64,000 bases of DNA from Isurus oxyrinchus (GCA_026770705.1 JANJGN010000089.1:868001-932000); one strand, 5' to 3'. Shown: positions 13,116 to 24,839, counted from the stretch's first letter. Notes: generated from the sequence alone by a model not told the origin. A program made the numbers and translations.

Positions 13116-13891
13116 CTTGAACAATATCAGTGGAAACACTGAAGCGTATCAGTCTATTGTTCAAATTCAGTTTCAGGTTACACTGAAATGTGAAAGGCCC
13201 TTGGAGAGATTTACAATCTTAATCTCCACTCAATGTGTCCTCCGTAACAACAGACATCAATTTCTAATGCCTGATTCCAATTATGTGTTTTCTATTTAAT
13301 TATAATCAGCTTCCAGAAATACAGTTGTAACGAAAATAGTAATGTTTGGCAATTGGGACTGTAAGTGTTTGAATTTCACTACTTCCTAAGTGTGGCAATG
13401 AAAACTGGGCACAATACTGTAGCTAAGGTCAAAGCAGTGTTTCACACAGGTTGCTCATAATTTCCTAGTTTTTTGCACCCTTTGCCCAAGATTGTGTGCA
13501 CTTTGAAAATCTGCCGCACAATGGAACATAGGTCATTATTTAATGAATGGGGAGATTGGGGAGGGGGCGGACAGAATAAGAGTTCCATAATGGAGCATGT
13601 GTCATTATCTGGTGTCTGGAAATGTATGGCTGCTAGGTCTGAATCTTTTGAACAACAATTGAACTTAACATTTATCTTGAGTGAATGACTGATGTGAGCT
13701 TCAGAAAAAGACATCTGTGAATCTCATCAAATGTTGCAGGTATTAGCTACACCTTTACGCTAAGAAAAGTTACATCATTATCAGCGTATCCTTAATATTT
13801 CATGGGAGTGGAAAAAAATACTGATTACCAAAAAGGAACAGATCAGTAATAAAATCTGGAAAAAAAAATCGCCAAAGCTCCTCACCAGTCA

Positions 13892-13963
13892 AAGATGGTG
13901 ATATAGTGACTAGCATGGTTATTTCCAAAGCATTGAATCCGATTTCGATTCCCGTCCATGCTA
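13892..13963 (+). pseudogene. Degenerate tRNA-Gly(TCC)-like pseudogene
   Basis: TGGTGATATAGTGACTAGCATGG..TTCCAAAGCATTGAATCCGATTTCGATTCCCGTCCATGC resembles the recalled vertebrate tRNA-Gly-TCC (TGGTGGTATAGTGGTTAGCATAGCTGCCTTCCAAGCAGTTGACCCGGGTTCGATTCCCGGCCAACGC). Stems are broken. Confidence 0.6.
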
Positions 13964-14284
13964 GTATGCAAACTCTAAATTCGTGAAGCCGTTAACTATA
14001 AGAGTGCAAGTACACTTCAAGCGGTTCGGAGGCATTTTAATTGGACAATACATGCGGGTCCAATTGGAATACAAACCTATTTAAATTTTCACTCAGGCTT
14101 TTTTCCTTTTTTCGCATTTTTAATAATTATGATTTTCCGTGAGCTGCACCGTGGAACGAAAATGAAATTACTCGGATTAAGTGAAATTCAGTCATTCTCG
14201 GATAAGTTTCACTCTGATGTTCCCTATTTCTTATTTAAATATCGATTGCCGCACAAGGGTTGTTTAGTCTTCAAAAAGCGAGAT

Positions 14285-14490
14285 GTATTACTGCACACGC
14301 TGGGACTCGTAAATAATAACATAAGTTGCTGGAAAGACTCAGCAGTAATATCACTGGAGAGAGAAAGGGAGGAATAACAATTCAGGTCTATACAAGGATC
14401 CTAGAGCTGATCCCCGATATACTCTACTACACAGAATCTGCCGGCTAAAACTGACTCTTTCAATTGTCCGCCTTTCTTTCAGATTTATTC
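14285..14490. mobile_element. Old Penelope terminal-repeat fragments in inverted arrangement
   Basis: TGCTGGAAAGACTCAGCAG...GGAGAGAGAAA on one arm and CACAGAATCTGCC...CTGACT...TTTCAGATTT on the other resemble the terminus at 17385-17450. Confidence 0.45.
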
Positions 14491-14804
14491 TTCTCGGATA
14501 TCATTCCCCTCCGATTTGATTGTTTCCTGTGAAACTCTCAGCATTGCGCTTCGTTCTTTGGTTAATTGTGTTTTGGTTTTGTTTAAGAAAATGTAGATGG
14601 TATTATGGGAAATCCACAGAATTACTGTTTAACCCATAGTAAAAAGGCAATGGAGCAAGTTTGCAAATATTGAAACAAAAAAGGGGAACTTTTTTGTTAA
14701 GAATTGGTTCATTTCATATTTACATTTTAACTGTGAAAGAATACGAGCGTGCAGAATCTATTCCCTGACAGACTTTGAAGTTTTCCGCTTATGTTGCAGT
14801 TATT

Positions 14805-14874
14805 GCTTCCGTACAGTAGTGGTCACTAATCTGTGACATAGTGAAGTTCACAGGTCAGAGAGTAGGACAGAACA
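14805..14874 (+). pseudogene. Possible tRNA-Val-like remnant
   Basis: Starts GCTTCCGTACAGTAGTGGTCA (cf. GTTTCCGTAGTGTAGTGGTTA) and ends CAGAACA about 70 nt later. The B box is badly decayed. Confidence 0.35.
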
Positions 14875-15809
14875 GCGTTTCAACTTCTATGGGATTTAGA
14901 CATGGACCCTCATCTTCCAAGTAGCAGTGAAGCGGAGGCAAGTACCGATGGCCACGTATAACATTGAGCCGATACCCGTTTCAATTTACTGCAGCCGGAA
15001 TTGCCTCTACCGGCTGCAGCGCTGAGTAATTTTTGAAGGAAATCGTGAGGCAAAGTTACGACCGCATCAGTGAGCATTTTATTGGTGTGCAAGCGATGCT
15101 TGATAGCACTTCAACAGCACCTCCCGTCAATTTACTGATAATCGAGAGTTGTCTGATAGGCGGGCAAGATAACCCAATGAAGCACACGAACTGTGCTCCA
15201 ACTCGGACTGGAATTTTTGGTTAGATTTTTCAAATTTTCACCCAATGGCAAAATAAGTATTCAAGGAGGATTCACAAAATAATTATCTCTCCTCTGATAT
15301 TCTTTCGTTTTGAGTAACACACGAGCTGTCTAAATTGAAATGGAATGAATGGACGTATCAGGGGAAAGCGATATGTATTTATTTTGAAGTAGTGGACGCA
15401 AGTTAAAATAATGGCTTAATTATTGACGCAAGGGATAGCAATGTCGGGGATACTCCGTGACTGTTAATTAGAAAAAAAAAAGAGCTACCTAAGGGAAAAC
15501 AAGAAGTCTACACGTACAAACAGGGTTATGAAAATACATACATATGTAAATGCATTTGACACCGTAGTGTAAAGGGTTAAATTTTCCATTACTTATTTTA
15601 TGTGTTGTTGACTGGACATTGATGCTCATAGTAGATAGTTTTTGATTAATCGCTGTTCGACATAATTAAACCATCTATCTGCTGCCCGACGCCTGCCTTA
15701 AATGGTACTTCACGTCTGAATACAGATAAAGGAAAATGCAATTTATGCGCAGAAACAACAGCAGCTGTTCACCAGTTTCAGAAAGCAGTTCCAGAGAGCA
15801 ATTAAATGA

Positions 15810-17450
15810 CGTGGATATGGGTAATGCATTGACCCCATTAATGCCTGTCTTCATGCGATATGTGGGACATTACCTGTTCCAGTACTACTCAGTTTCCACA
15901 AATGTTTCTCAAACTACATCAATAACTGTTTCAGTGCCGCTTCATGATCTCGCCTGGATCTGGAAAAAAATATTATTTTTTTTTCTGATTTACACCCCTC
16001 CATCATTTTCACGTGTTCCAACACTAACACTTCCCTTCCCATTTTTGACCTCTCAGTCTCAATTTCTGGTCACAGGTTGTCCACCAATATTCATTACAAG
16101 CCCACCGACTCCCACAGCTACCTCGAATACAGCTCCTCACACCCCTCTTTCTTTAAGGACTGTATCCCAATCTCTCTGTTCCTTCCCCTCTGTGCCATCT
16201 GCTCTGATGACGCCACTTGCCAAAACAGTTCCTCTGACATGTCTGCCTTCTTCCTTAACTGATGTTTTCCACACACGGTTGTTGACAGAGCCCTCAACCG
16301 TGTCCGGTCCATCTCCCGTGCATTCGCCCTCACACCTTTACCTCCCTCCCAGAAGAATTATTGTGTCCCCCTTGTCCTCACTTATCACCCTACAGCCTCC
16401 ACGTTGAAAGGAGCATCGTCCCCTATTTTTGCCAACTCCAGCATGCTGCTAGCACCAAAAAGATTTTGCCTTCACCCACCCCTCCTGCCTCCCGGCGGCT
16501 TTTCACATGGAACTTTCCTCCGGGACACCCTGGTCCACTCTGCCATCACACCCTACACCTCAACCCCCTCCCGCTGAACCTTCCCATGCATCTACAGATC
16601 GTGCAACACTGGCCCCTTTATTCCCCCCTCCTCACCATCCAAGGGCCAAAACACCCCTTTCCAGTGAAGTAGAGCTTCACTTGCACGTCTCTCAATTTAG
16701 TCAACTGCATTCGATGCTCCCAATGCGGGTTCCTCTACATTGGAGAGACCAAATGCAGACTGTGTGACAGCTTTGCGGAACACCATCGGTCTGAGCGCAA
16801 TCATGACCCAGACGTCCCTGATGCTTGCCATTTCAACACATCAACCTGCTCTCATGCCCACATGTGCATCCTTAGCTTGCTACAATTGCACCTCATCTTC
16901 TGACTAGGCACATTACAGGCTTCCGGACTTAATATTGAGTTTAACAATTTCCTATCATGAACTCTCCACCAGCCCCTCCACTCCCGCTTTTTCCAATAAT
17001 GTATACTTTAAAAATATATATATTTTTCTTTGCCAACCTATTTTTAAAATTTATTTCGATCTATTGTTTTATCTGTACCTTTCGATCCCTTCCCCCACCC
17101 CCACCCCCACCCCCACCAGGGCCGTCCACGTCTAGCTTGTTCTGCTTGCTTCCCTTAATGTCCACATTATCATATTCCTTAGATAACATCACCACCATCA
17201 ACACCACTTTTTTTTTTCCTTTTCTCTATGACATCTTTGGCAATCGCTTCTGTGCCTACACCTATCACTGGGCCCCTATCCAGCATTACCTGACCCACTC
17301 ACCTCTACCAGCTTATATTTCACCTCATTTTTCTATTTCCTTAGTTCTGATGAAGAATCATATGGACTCGAAACGTCGACTGTGTACTTCTCCGCAGATG
17401 CTGTAAGACCAGCTGAGTTTTTTCAGGTATTTTTGTTTTTGTTTCAGAAA
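15810..17450 (+). mobile_element. Penelope-like retroelement, 5'-truncated (RT C-terminus, GIY-YIG endonuclease, terminal repeat)
   Basis: STNIHYKPTDSHSYLEYSSSHP (ORF 16077-16262). GIY-YIG region at ~16676-16840 reads FTCTSLNLVNCIRCSQCGFLYIGETKCRLCDSFAEH...ACHFN. Terminus CCGCAGATGCTG...CTGAGTTTTTTCAGGTATTTTTGTTTTTG. Frameshifted. Confidence 0.9.
17343..17381 (+). ncRNA. Minimal type I hammerhead ribozyme motif in the Penelope terminal repeat
   Basis: AGUU-CUGAUGA-A-GAAUC-auaug-GACUC-GAAA-CGUC-GACU. Both catalytic core boxes are intact, helix II has one A.C mismatch, palindromic ACGU replaces helix III, the cleavage triplet is GUC, and helix I is AGUU/GACU. Confidence 0.7.
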
Positions 17451-18936
17451 GCTGACTGCCAGCAGGATTGGCAGAGCCTGGATGCCACTGAACACTACAA
17501 TTAGGAGGTTGACTTTCCGTGAGCCTAACGATGTTTTGGAACATTGAAGTGTGACGGGAAACGAATTAAATCACAATTCTGAATGAATGAATCTGTTCCA
17601 GAATTGAAGTTCGAAGTTCATTGGACATGTAAGGTTTGCAGCCATATTCTTGAACACTGCAGTGATTCGCCATAGATTTATTAAATATGGAATAATAAGA
17701 ACAAGCGGGAAATTGAAATGACAATCAGCCTGGCTACTGTTCGTGGATGAAAAAAAAACATAGCAGAATGCCGAGTTCAGTATCAGAGGCCTAATGGATA
17801 GAAAAGCGTTGAGTCAGCATATGCGTGTTCATGTGCAACAGACTATGAGCCCCAGTACGCATTGCATGATTGCATTAAGTTTAATATATTCATTTTATGG
17901 ATACTTACACTCTAGATAAATATCCCATCAATGTAACATTGAAACGGCATGTCTGTTCTTGTTTTTCTGTATCTTTCATACTAAGTAAAATGGTGCACGT
18001 TCAGAGGTTTCCTTGGCAGAAGGACACCACACGGTTATCAAGTGAGTTTTTATTTTTAATTCGTTGAGTCGTACCCAACTGGTTAACCTTCAAGAGGACT
18101 GGACAAATGGATGCTGATACCTTCTGTTAGATCAGGGGTCAAGAACTAAACGTCAGATATAAAATATTCAATGCCAGAATCATTTAGAATTGATGGTGAA
18201 CAAAAATCTTTACCGGCAACTGGGAGACAGTGGATTTCGCAGAGACAGAAATTATTCCAAAATAAAGATGAAAATAAATATGTTGGTGAACAAAAATAGC
18301 CAGATGATGTTCATAAGTGCCGGCATAAACTGTTGCGACTATTTTCTTGATTGGAGGCTAAAGGTCCACAAGTTTTGGCTGTTTGGAATGGCCATTCGCC
18401 TCTTTGAAAATACCAACATTTTCACGACCAATTGAGAGTTATAGTTAATACGTTGAACCAAGTTCTTGTTGCCTTATAATTTGATACAGATCACGGACAT
18501 GACACTTTTCTTTTACCTCCGGAAGGAATGGAAGCTGGAATCTGATGGAGGCACCAGGGTTTGTAACATCCACACCAATATTACAGGTTAACGATAAACA
18601 ATCTAGTTTTCAACACCTTCTATCCTAAAGGATGCGATAAATTAATTTACCAGAGAACATTATTCCAGTAGCTGGAGTGTATGGCAGTAAATGCAGACTC
18701 CCCCATGTTCGATTCCCTATTTGAACCTCAATCGTGACTATTCCCTTTGAATCTGGGGTATAAAGTGGAAGGTTTAATCAGGGAATTGAGCTGTACAGTG
18801 TTGGAGAACAATAGACATGAAACACACGGCACTAAATTCAGGAAATGCTTTCTGATTCCTCTTGATTTTCAATGACAACCAACTCCTTTGATCTAAATGG
18901 AAAGTTGGCTATTCTATATGGAAACACGGGCTGTAA

Positions 18937-19877
18937 TTATGCTCCAACAAGGGCAGGACGTTTGGCTTTGTTTTTATTCATACTTGTACCCAACGACAAA
19001 ACAAATTTCCAAGGAGATTTCACCACACTAATGAGCTCATCTCTGAACTTTGTTTGTGTCGCTGCATAAATGCATGTGTTTGTACAAGACTTCAACTGGG
19101 TGAGCATGTATCCAGTCTCATTGACAATATATGCAGGGTTTGTATATTCTCGTCGGAATATTAGAACCAGGGCATCAGTCCACTGACTCACTACTGATAT
19201 CAGACTTAACAATATAAAATTTGCCGACAGGGCGAACAGTAAAATAATGGATTTCCTTCGGTTCTCCATCTCTGCATCGCGCTGATTCCCAGTCCTGGGA
19301 GCCCGGAGTCTCCTGCAGGCAATATTGGTTATGATAATGCGTCTCACTGTTAAACAATTAAATAGTAATATCAAAGCAAAAGGAATCAATGAAAATAGAA
19401 AACTTTGTAATCTGAAGTAGGCTCCGCCTGCAGGCGATCTGAGAAAGGACATACTGGGGATGAAACCCCACTCAATATTGTTAATTATTATTTTATGTTC
19501 AAATGCAAACCAAAAAGGGATGCTCTCTAAACAAATTAGCACAGAAACAATTATTATGATGATGGACGCAGTTCTCACTGTGCAATATCTGGTTTTCAGT
19601 TTCTCACAACATATAGCAACAAACCGGTCACATGTGAAGGAGACTGTAAACCAGACGGACAAACCAACATTGGTAGAAGTCATGTACAACATAAGTTTAC
19701 AAATAAAGGTATAGGAGAGGATTGAATTTGGAAAACGTTCCCGCATAATTTGATGCCCAATTCTATGGATGAGCGTGGCCAGTAGATCCACTGCTGCCAT
19801 GGCCACCATGTATATAGAGATACTTTTGGAAAGGTGGCAATTTCCTTTGCAGAGAGTCACTATTGTCAGTAGGTTCA
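18937..19877 (-). CDS. Exon 2 of an intact class A (rhodopsin-family) GPCR, GPR139/GPR142-like
   Basis: Open frame of 313 codons with hydrophobic TM segments and motifs NLLTIVTL, YMVAMAAVDLL, SVWFTVSFTCDRFVAICC, EMENRRKSIILLF, SCTNTCIYAATQTKFR. A polypyrimidine tract plus CAG acceptor lies directly upstream (CTCTTCTCCCTCTTTCTTGCAG, AG at 19879-19878). The GTG start in the ORF track is the splice junction, not the true start. Confidence 0.92.
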
Positions 19878-20389
19878 CTGCAAGAAAGAGGGAGAAGAGT
19901 TAAATAATGGGGGACACTCAGGAACACCTGGCCATAAATTGCGGGGAAATTTACAGATGTGCTTCTATTTGCAATTGACAGCACGGTTTCCTTCCAGAAT
20001 TTTAGGCAAGCATTGATGGCACTTTTTTCCCCAATCAAATAAGCAATTTAAGACTGAATGCCCTTCATACATATTTCATTTAAAAGGTAACAGAGTCTTT
20101 CGGAATCAGGTAGGGGAATGCTGAAAGTGAGCGACCTACATCAAAGAGACCCAGACTCTAATAACCCAAGACAGGAGTCACTAACAGGGATGGTGGGGTG
20201 TAGCAGTTGTAGGGGAATGCTTGGTAGCAGGAGGCTGATTGTGGCAGGCTTGCGACTTCAGATGATATTTTAATATGAGTCGTTTTATTTGTAGTCATTT
20301 ATCTGTAATTCTTCTACAGCCATTTGTTTTCCATGATTGAAATGCAACCAACTCCAATGTTAAGGAAGGATGGGATGTAAGTGGCAACA

Positions 20390-20760
20390 ACTAGAGCTTA
20401 TATGTATATAGTGCCATTAACGTTATAAAATCTCTCGAGGCTCTTCAAATAAGTGCCATAAAATCAAAATAGATAGGGAGCAATTGAGGAACACTTAGGA
20501 CGGTGGCAAAAAGCTTGGTCAAAGAGTGAAACTTTATGGAGCATCGTGAAAGGAAGAAGAGACGTAGAGAGGCAGAAATGTTTATGGTTGGAAATTCAGG
20601 GAGCAAGTCCAAAACAGGGTCCGAATTCTGGAACAATTAAAACTGGAAATGTCTACGATGCCCGATTCAGAAGGTTGGAAATGTCATCACGGTCCGTGGA
20701 GTTGGAGGAGATTTCAGATATAAAATGGGTGAGAACTTGTGGTAATGGGTTTTGGGGTTT
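20390..20760 (-). mobile_element. L2-type LINE 3' fragment (intronic)
   Basis: The reverse complement ends CGTTAATGGCACTATATACATATAAG, an L2-type tail, and contains TTTGACCAAGCTTTT. Confidence 0.6.
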
Positions 20761-21294
20761 GGACGGAGGAGGGAGGCTGAATGTGGGAATCTGCGGATTG
20801 TCACAGTCTTAACATAATATTCATGGGTTAATATAGTATAAACTGTCTAATACATGCTAACAACAGCTGGCAGTGACTAACACGAGAAAGAACGTAGCAA
20901 ACAAGATAAGTCCTTTGTTTATACCATTCTATAAAGGCGGGAACCATCTAGTCGAATTCCGAATTCACCTATGCACTGCGTTCACCACCGGTGGCAAGGA
21001 ACCTGAAGATATCTCTGGACAAGCCGCCACCACGTTGTCTACAATTTGTAGAAGGATATGAGATTATTGCTACAATAATTGGGCCTTCACCAGTGAAACT
21101 GGTTCACGACGAGTGCCAAGGAACATGAGGATATCTCTCGAACAGCCGTCACCACGGTGTCCCCGACGAGCAAAAGGACGTGATGTTATTGCTTGTCGGT
21201 ATGTAAATGTAATAAAGTGACATTTATAATCAGTTGTCTCCTTTAATTCCACGAATATTGATCATATCCGAACAAAGAATTATACTTTATATCG

Positions 21295-21885
21295 TAACAG
21301 TGGGGAAGGTGAGGCTTGCAAGCAAAGATGAGGATTTTAAAATGAAGGATTTGATTGATCGGGAGATGTATTAGGCCAGCAAGCATAGGCATGATCAGTG
21401 AACGTGATTTGTTGTTGATAAGGACTCGGGTAACAGAGATTTGGATGACCACAAGTTTAAAAGCGGCAGAATGTAGGAGGAGGGGCAGGTGTGCATTGGA
21501 ACAGCAAAGACTTCAGGTAACAAAGACTATAGAATGAAGGTTTCCACAGCAGATCAGCTGGGACTTGGCAAAGTTGGAAAATGTTGCGAAGATGGATAAA
21601 TACCGGCTACGAGATAGAAGGGATATGTCATCAAAAGCTAATCTCAAGGTCAGCTCCCACACTCAGTTTGCAAGCAGCCTTGTTTAGCCCCAGACAACTT
21701 TTCAGCAGAGGAACATAGTCAAATTTAACAGAGACAATGGCTTCCAGCTTTCCGATATTTAATGAGAGAAAATGTCTGATCATTCACTATGGATATGGGT
21801 GGGGAAAGCAGCCTGATAATTTAGTCGAGGTGGAGTAATCGAGAAGTTGGATGGTGAGACAGAGCTGGATGTCATCAGTGCACTT
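21295..21885 (-). mobile_element. L2-type LINE RT C-terminal fragment (intronic)
   Basis: ORF 21243-21452 LIMPMLAGLIHLPINQILHFKILIFACK matches L2 ITPVLxxLHWLPVxxRIxFKIL; a TDDIQL (ADDxQL) remnant lies near 21870. Confidence 0.7.
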
Positions 21886-22225
21886 TTTAAATTGATTCAT
21901 AGTATGTGGGATTCGCTGGCTAGGCCAGCATTTGTTGTGCATCGCTAAATGCCCATGATGCTGAGCCACCTTCTTCTACTGCTGCATCCAGTGTGGTGTG
22001 GGTACAGCCACAAAGCTGTAAGGGAGGGAGTTCCAGGATTTTGAACGAGTGACAATGATGGAATGGCAATATATTTCCATGTCAAGATGATCAGTGGCTT
22101 CGAGGGGAAATTCTAGGTCGTAGTGTTCGCACATGGCAGTTGTCATTGTCCTTCTAGATGGCCGTGGACTTGGAAGATGCTGCTGAAGGAGCCTCGGAGA
22201 GCTCCTGATGGAGTCCCTGTTCATT
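21886..22225 (-). mobile_element. 3' fragment of the LINE family seen at 5341-8560
   Basis: ORF 21976-22224 (TRSKSWNSLP..VAVPTPHWMQ) parallels 8216-8548 (TGSKTRNSLPTIAVGVPTRHGLQ); same tail. Confidence 0.8.
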
Positions 22226-22389
22226 TGAAAACTATTGTTACGTTTTAGGGTTTTTTTCCACTAGGGGAAGCATGTTTATGTGAAATAGGAAGCCAGCAGG
22301 TAGAAATCCTTGGAGTGCTTTGAATATCAGAGCTAAGGACGCAGATGTGGAAAGAGAAACCATTGCAACCTTCTCTGGCTATGATTAAA

Positions 22390-23050
22390 TGAAACAGAAT
22401 CACATGGAATCAAGGGATTGTTCGGGCCCAACATGGTTGCACCAGCTCTCCAAATGAGTAACTCACCTAGTATTATTCTCCCCACCTCCATTCTTCCCGT
22501 AACCCTGCACGTTCTTCCTGTTCAATTCACTTTGATACCTTCAGTGGAATCATCCTTCACCAAAGCCTCGGGCAGTGCACTCCAAACCCAAACACGGGCT
22601 ACATAAAAACGTTTCTCTTTATATCACTTTTGCTTCCTTTAATAGTTACATCAAAACTGTTCCCTCTCGTTCTCGATCCTTTCACAAGTGGAACAAATTA
22701 TCACTTTCAATTCTGTCCAGGCTTCTCATGATTTGGAATGCCTCCGTCAAACTTGCTCTCAATCTACTTTTCTCCATGGAAAACAGTACCAAAGTCTGCA
22801 ATCTCTCTTCAGAACTAATTTTCGTCATCACTGGAACCATTCTCGTGAATCTATTCAGCACTCTTTGTAATGCCTTCTCATCCTTCCTGAAGCGCCCAGA
22901 CTGGACGCAATCCCGGCTTTGACGCCGAACTTAGGCCTTTTACAAGTGCAAGATTAATGCCTCGCTCTTGTACACTTTCGATAAATCCAAGGATACTGTC
23001 CGCATTTTTCACTGCATTGTCAACATGTCGTGCCAACTACAATAATTCAT
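22390..23050 (-). mobile_element. CR1-type LINE 3' fragment
   Basis: The reverse complement has GTCCAGTCTGGGCGCTTCAGGAAGGATGAGAAGGCATTACAAAGAGTGCTG (RKDxxALxRV) and a CR1 tail near 22400. Confidence 0.75.
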
Positions 23051-23849
23051 GAACAAATATTCGTTTGATAGTACAGAACTTGAGTACTTTTGAAAAAAGA
23101 CATTTTGTGAAGCTTTTCCGCTTGCACTCTTGAGGGCATTCGCATGAATAGGAACGTCAGGGTAAATTTTCGGCAACGCTGTCCAATTGCAGAATAACAT
23201 CTCATGTTGGAACAATGTGTTAGGAGTTCTTCAAACACTCGCTCGTTGGGTGCAGTCTGCAACTTGTCCGAGCACACAACAGAAGCAACATGCTGTTTGA
23301 TACAATCCGGCAGGTCTCGTATCAAACAGTACATTCCTTTGCTGTTCGTAAGGCGAAAATACTGACGTTACGAAACAGCCCGTTTTTCAAAACTCAAAGG
23401 ATAGTGTTAGAATAAGATGTGATTCTGCGATTGGACAGCATTTGCTAAATATTCCTCACCATGTTAAGTATAACGCTGGCAACCAATTTAAGAATGTCAG
23501 TCGGGATCGCAGTGTATCTGTACACAGTTCTCCGTTCTTTTCTGACAGAAAGAACATGTGCACGCATAGCGCCTGTTTCAGTTAAACAAAATAGTCATTG
23601 CCATTCCCTCGTCCTTTCCGTGGGGTAATGTCTTGAAGAATGAGAGCCAAGCTGCATGTTTTATAATTTGAAATAATTCTTCGCAGGTAACCGTCAGTCA
23701 CCATTAGCTGGAGAATTTTCCAAGCATAGCCTCTACCATTCAGACTCTACTTGTCAAACATTCAGGACTCTCTTTTCATACAGTATCAACTGTTGCTCCC
23801 CTGACTGATATTCTTGCGATTGTCCTGATGATTGCAAGGCAAACATCTT

Positions 23850-24765
23850 TGACAACATGTATTTTTTCAGCAATACTAATTTATTCTGAACTCTAGTCTC
23901 TCTGCCACTCCACACCCTTTAGAGCTGTACATTTTTTTGTATATCTCCCTTCTCCCTGCCAAAATGAGTCACTTCACAATTTTCTGCATTGAACATAATC
24001 TGCCAACTGTCCGGCCATTCCACCAACTATTCTACTCCCTTTGATGTTCTAACCATCCTCCTCACATTTCAAAATACCGCAAGGTTTTATATATCTGCAA
24101 CGTTTGGAATTTTGTCATGTAAACAAAAGTTGTTAACAAATATCAGGGAAACCAATTGTCCCCAATACTGATAGAAAAGCAAAAAAACTGTGGATACTGA
24201 AAATCCAAAACAAAAATAAAAATAAAAATAACCGGAAAAACAAAGCAGGTCTGGCAGCATCTGCGGAGAGGAACACAGCTAACATTTCGAGTTGTGTTCA
24301 AGAGTCTTAAGGAGTCAAAACGTAAAATGTGTTCCTCTCCGCAGATGCTGCCAGAACTGCTGAGTTTTTCCTGTTTTTTTTAAAAATTTTTTGTCCCCAT
24401 TCTTATCACTAGGGATCTCCACTATAAACCTTCCTCCAGACCGAAAATAAACCTGCAGCAAGTCATCCTGTTTCGTTTTCCTCAGCTAATTCTGTATCCA
24501 CAATGCTGCTGTCCCTTTTATTGCATGAGCTGCTACCTTGCCAAAAAGTCTGTTTGATGAGATAGCATCAAATGCCTTTTAGAAGTCCATGCACACCATA
24601 TCAACAGCATTGTCGTCATCAACCGTCTCTGTTATCTCTTTGCAAAAAGGTCTCCAAATTATTTGAACAAAGTTTTCCATGATCAATCCACCCATTCCCA
24701 TGGAACCAAGAGAGTGCAGTCTCAAATTCACTACAAGACAATGAAGAACGTTTGAGCAGGATGGA
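23850..24765 (-). mobile_element. CR1-type RT fragment, interrupted by a Penelope inverted repeat at 24172-24395
   Basis: ORF 24579-24779 ends EITETVDDDNAVDMVCMDF, followed by a KAFD-like segment; a KxADI (FADD-like) remnant lies near 24095. Confidence 0.7.
24172..24395. repeat. Palindromic Penelope terminal-repeat pair (perfect 28-bp arms)
   Basis: TCTGGCAGCATCTGCGGAGAGGAACACA at 24250-24277 has its exact reverse complement at 24328-24355. Arms extend imperfectly outward and match the terminus at 17385-17450. Confidence 0.85.
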
Positions 24766-24839
24766 TTGGTCAACTGCATCTGCAGGTAGGCCCAGGAAGC
24801 TCAGCACAGACTTTTGCAGTTATATAGAATTAACGTGTT

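Noticed and set aside
12826-13299. 157-aa ORF as a gene
   Set aside because: Non-ATG start and no recognisable domain. It is antisense to the duplicated 400-bp element, and the ORF track shows no corresponding ORF in the second copy.
15736-16407. 223-aa ORF as a host gene
   Set aside because: It mostly runs out of frame through the frameshifted Penelope RT region; the recognisable Penelope peptide is in an overlapping frame.
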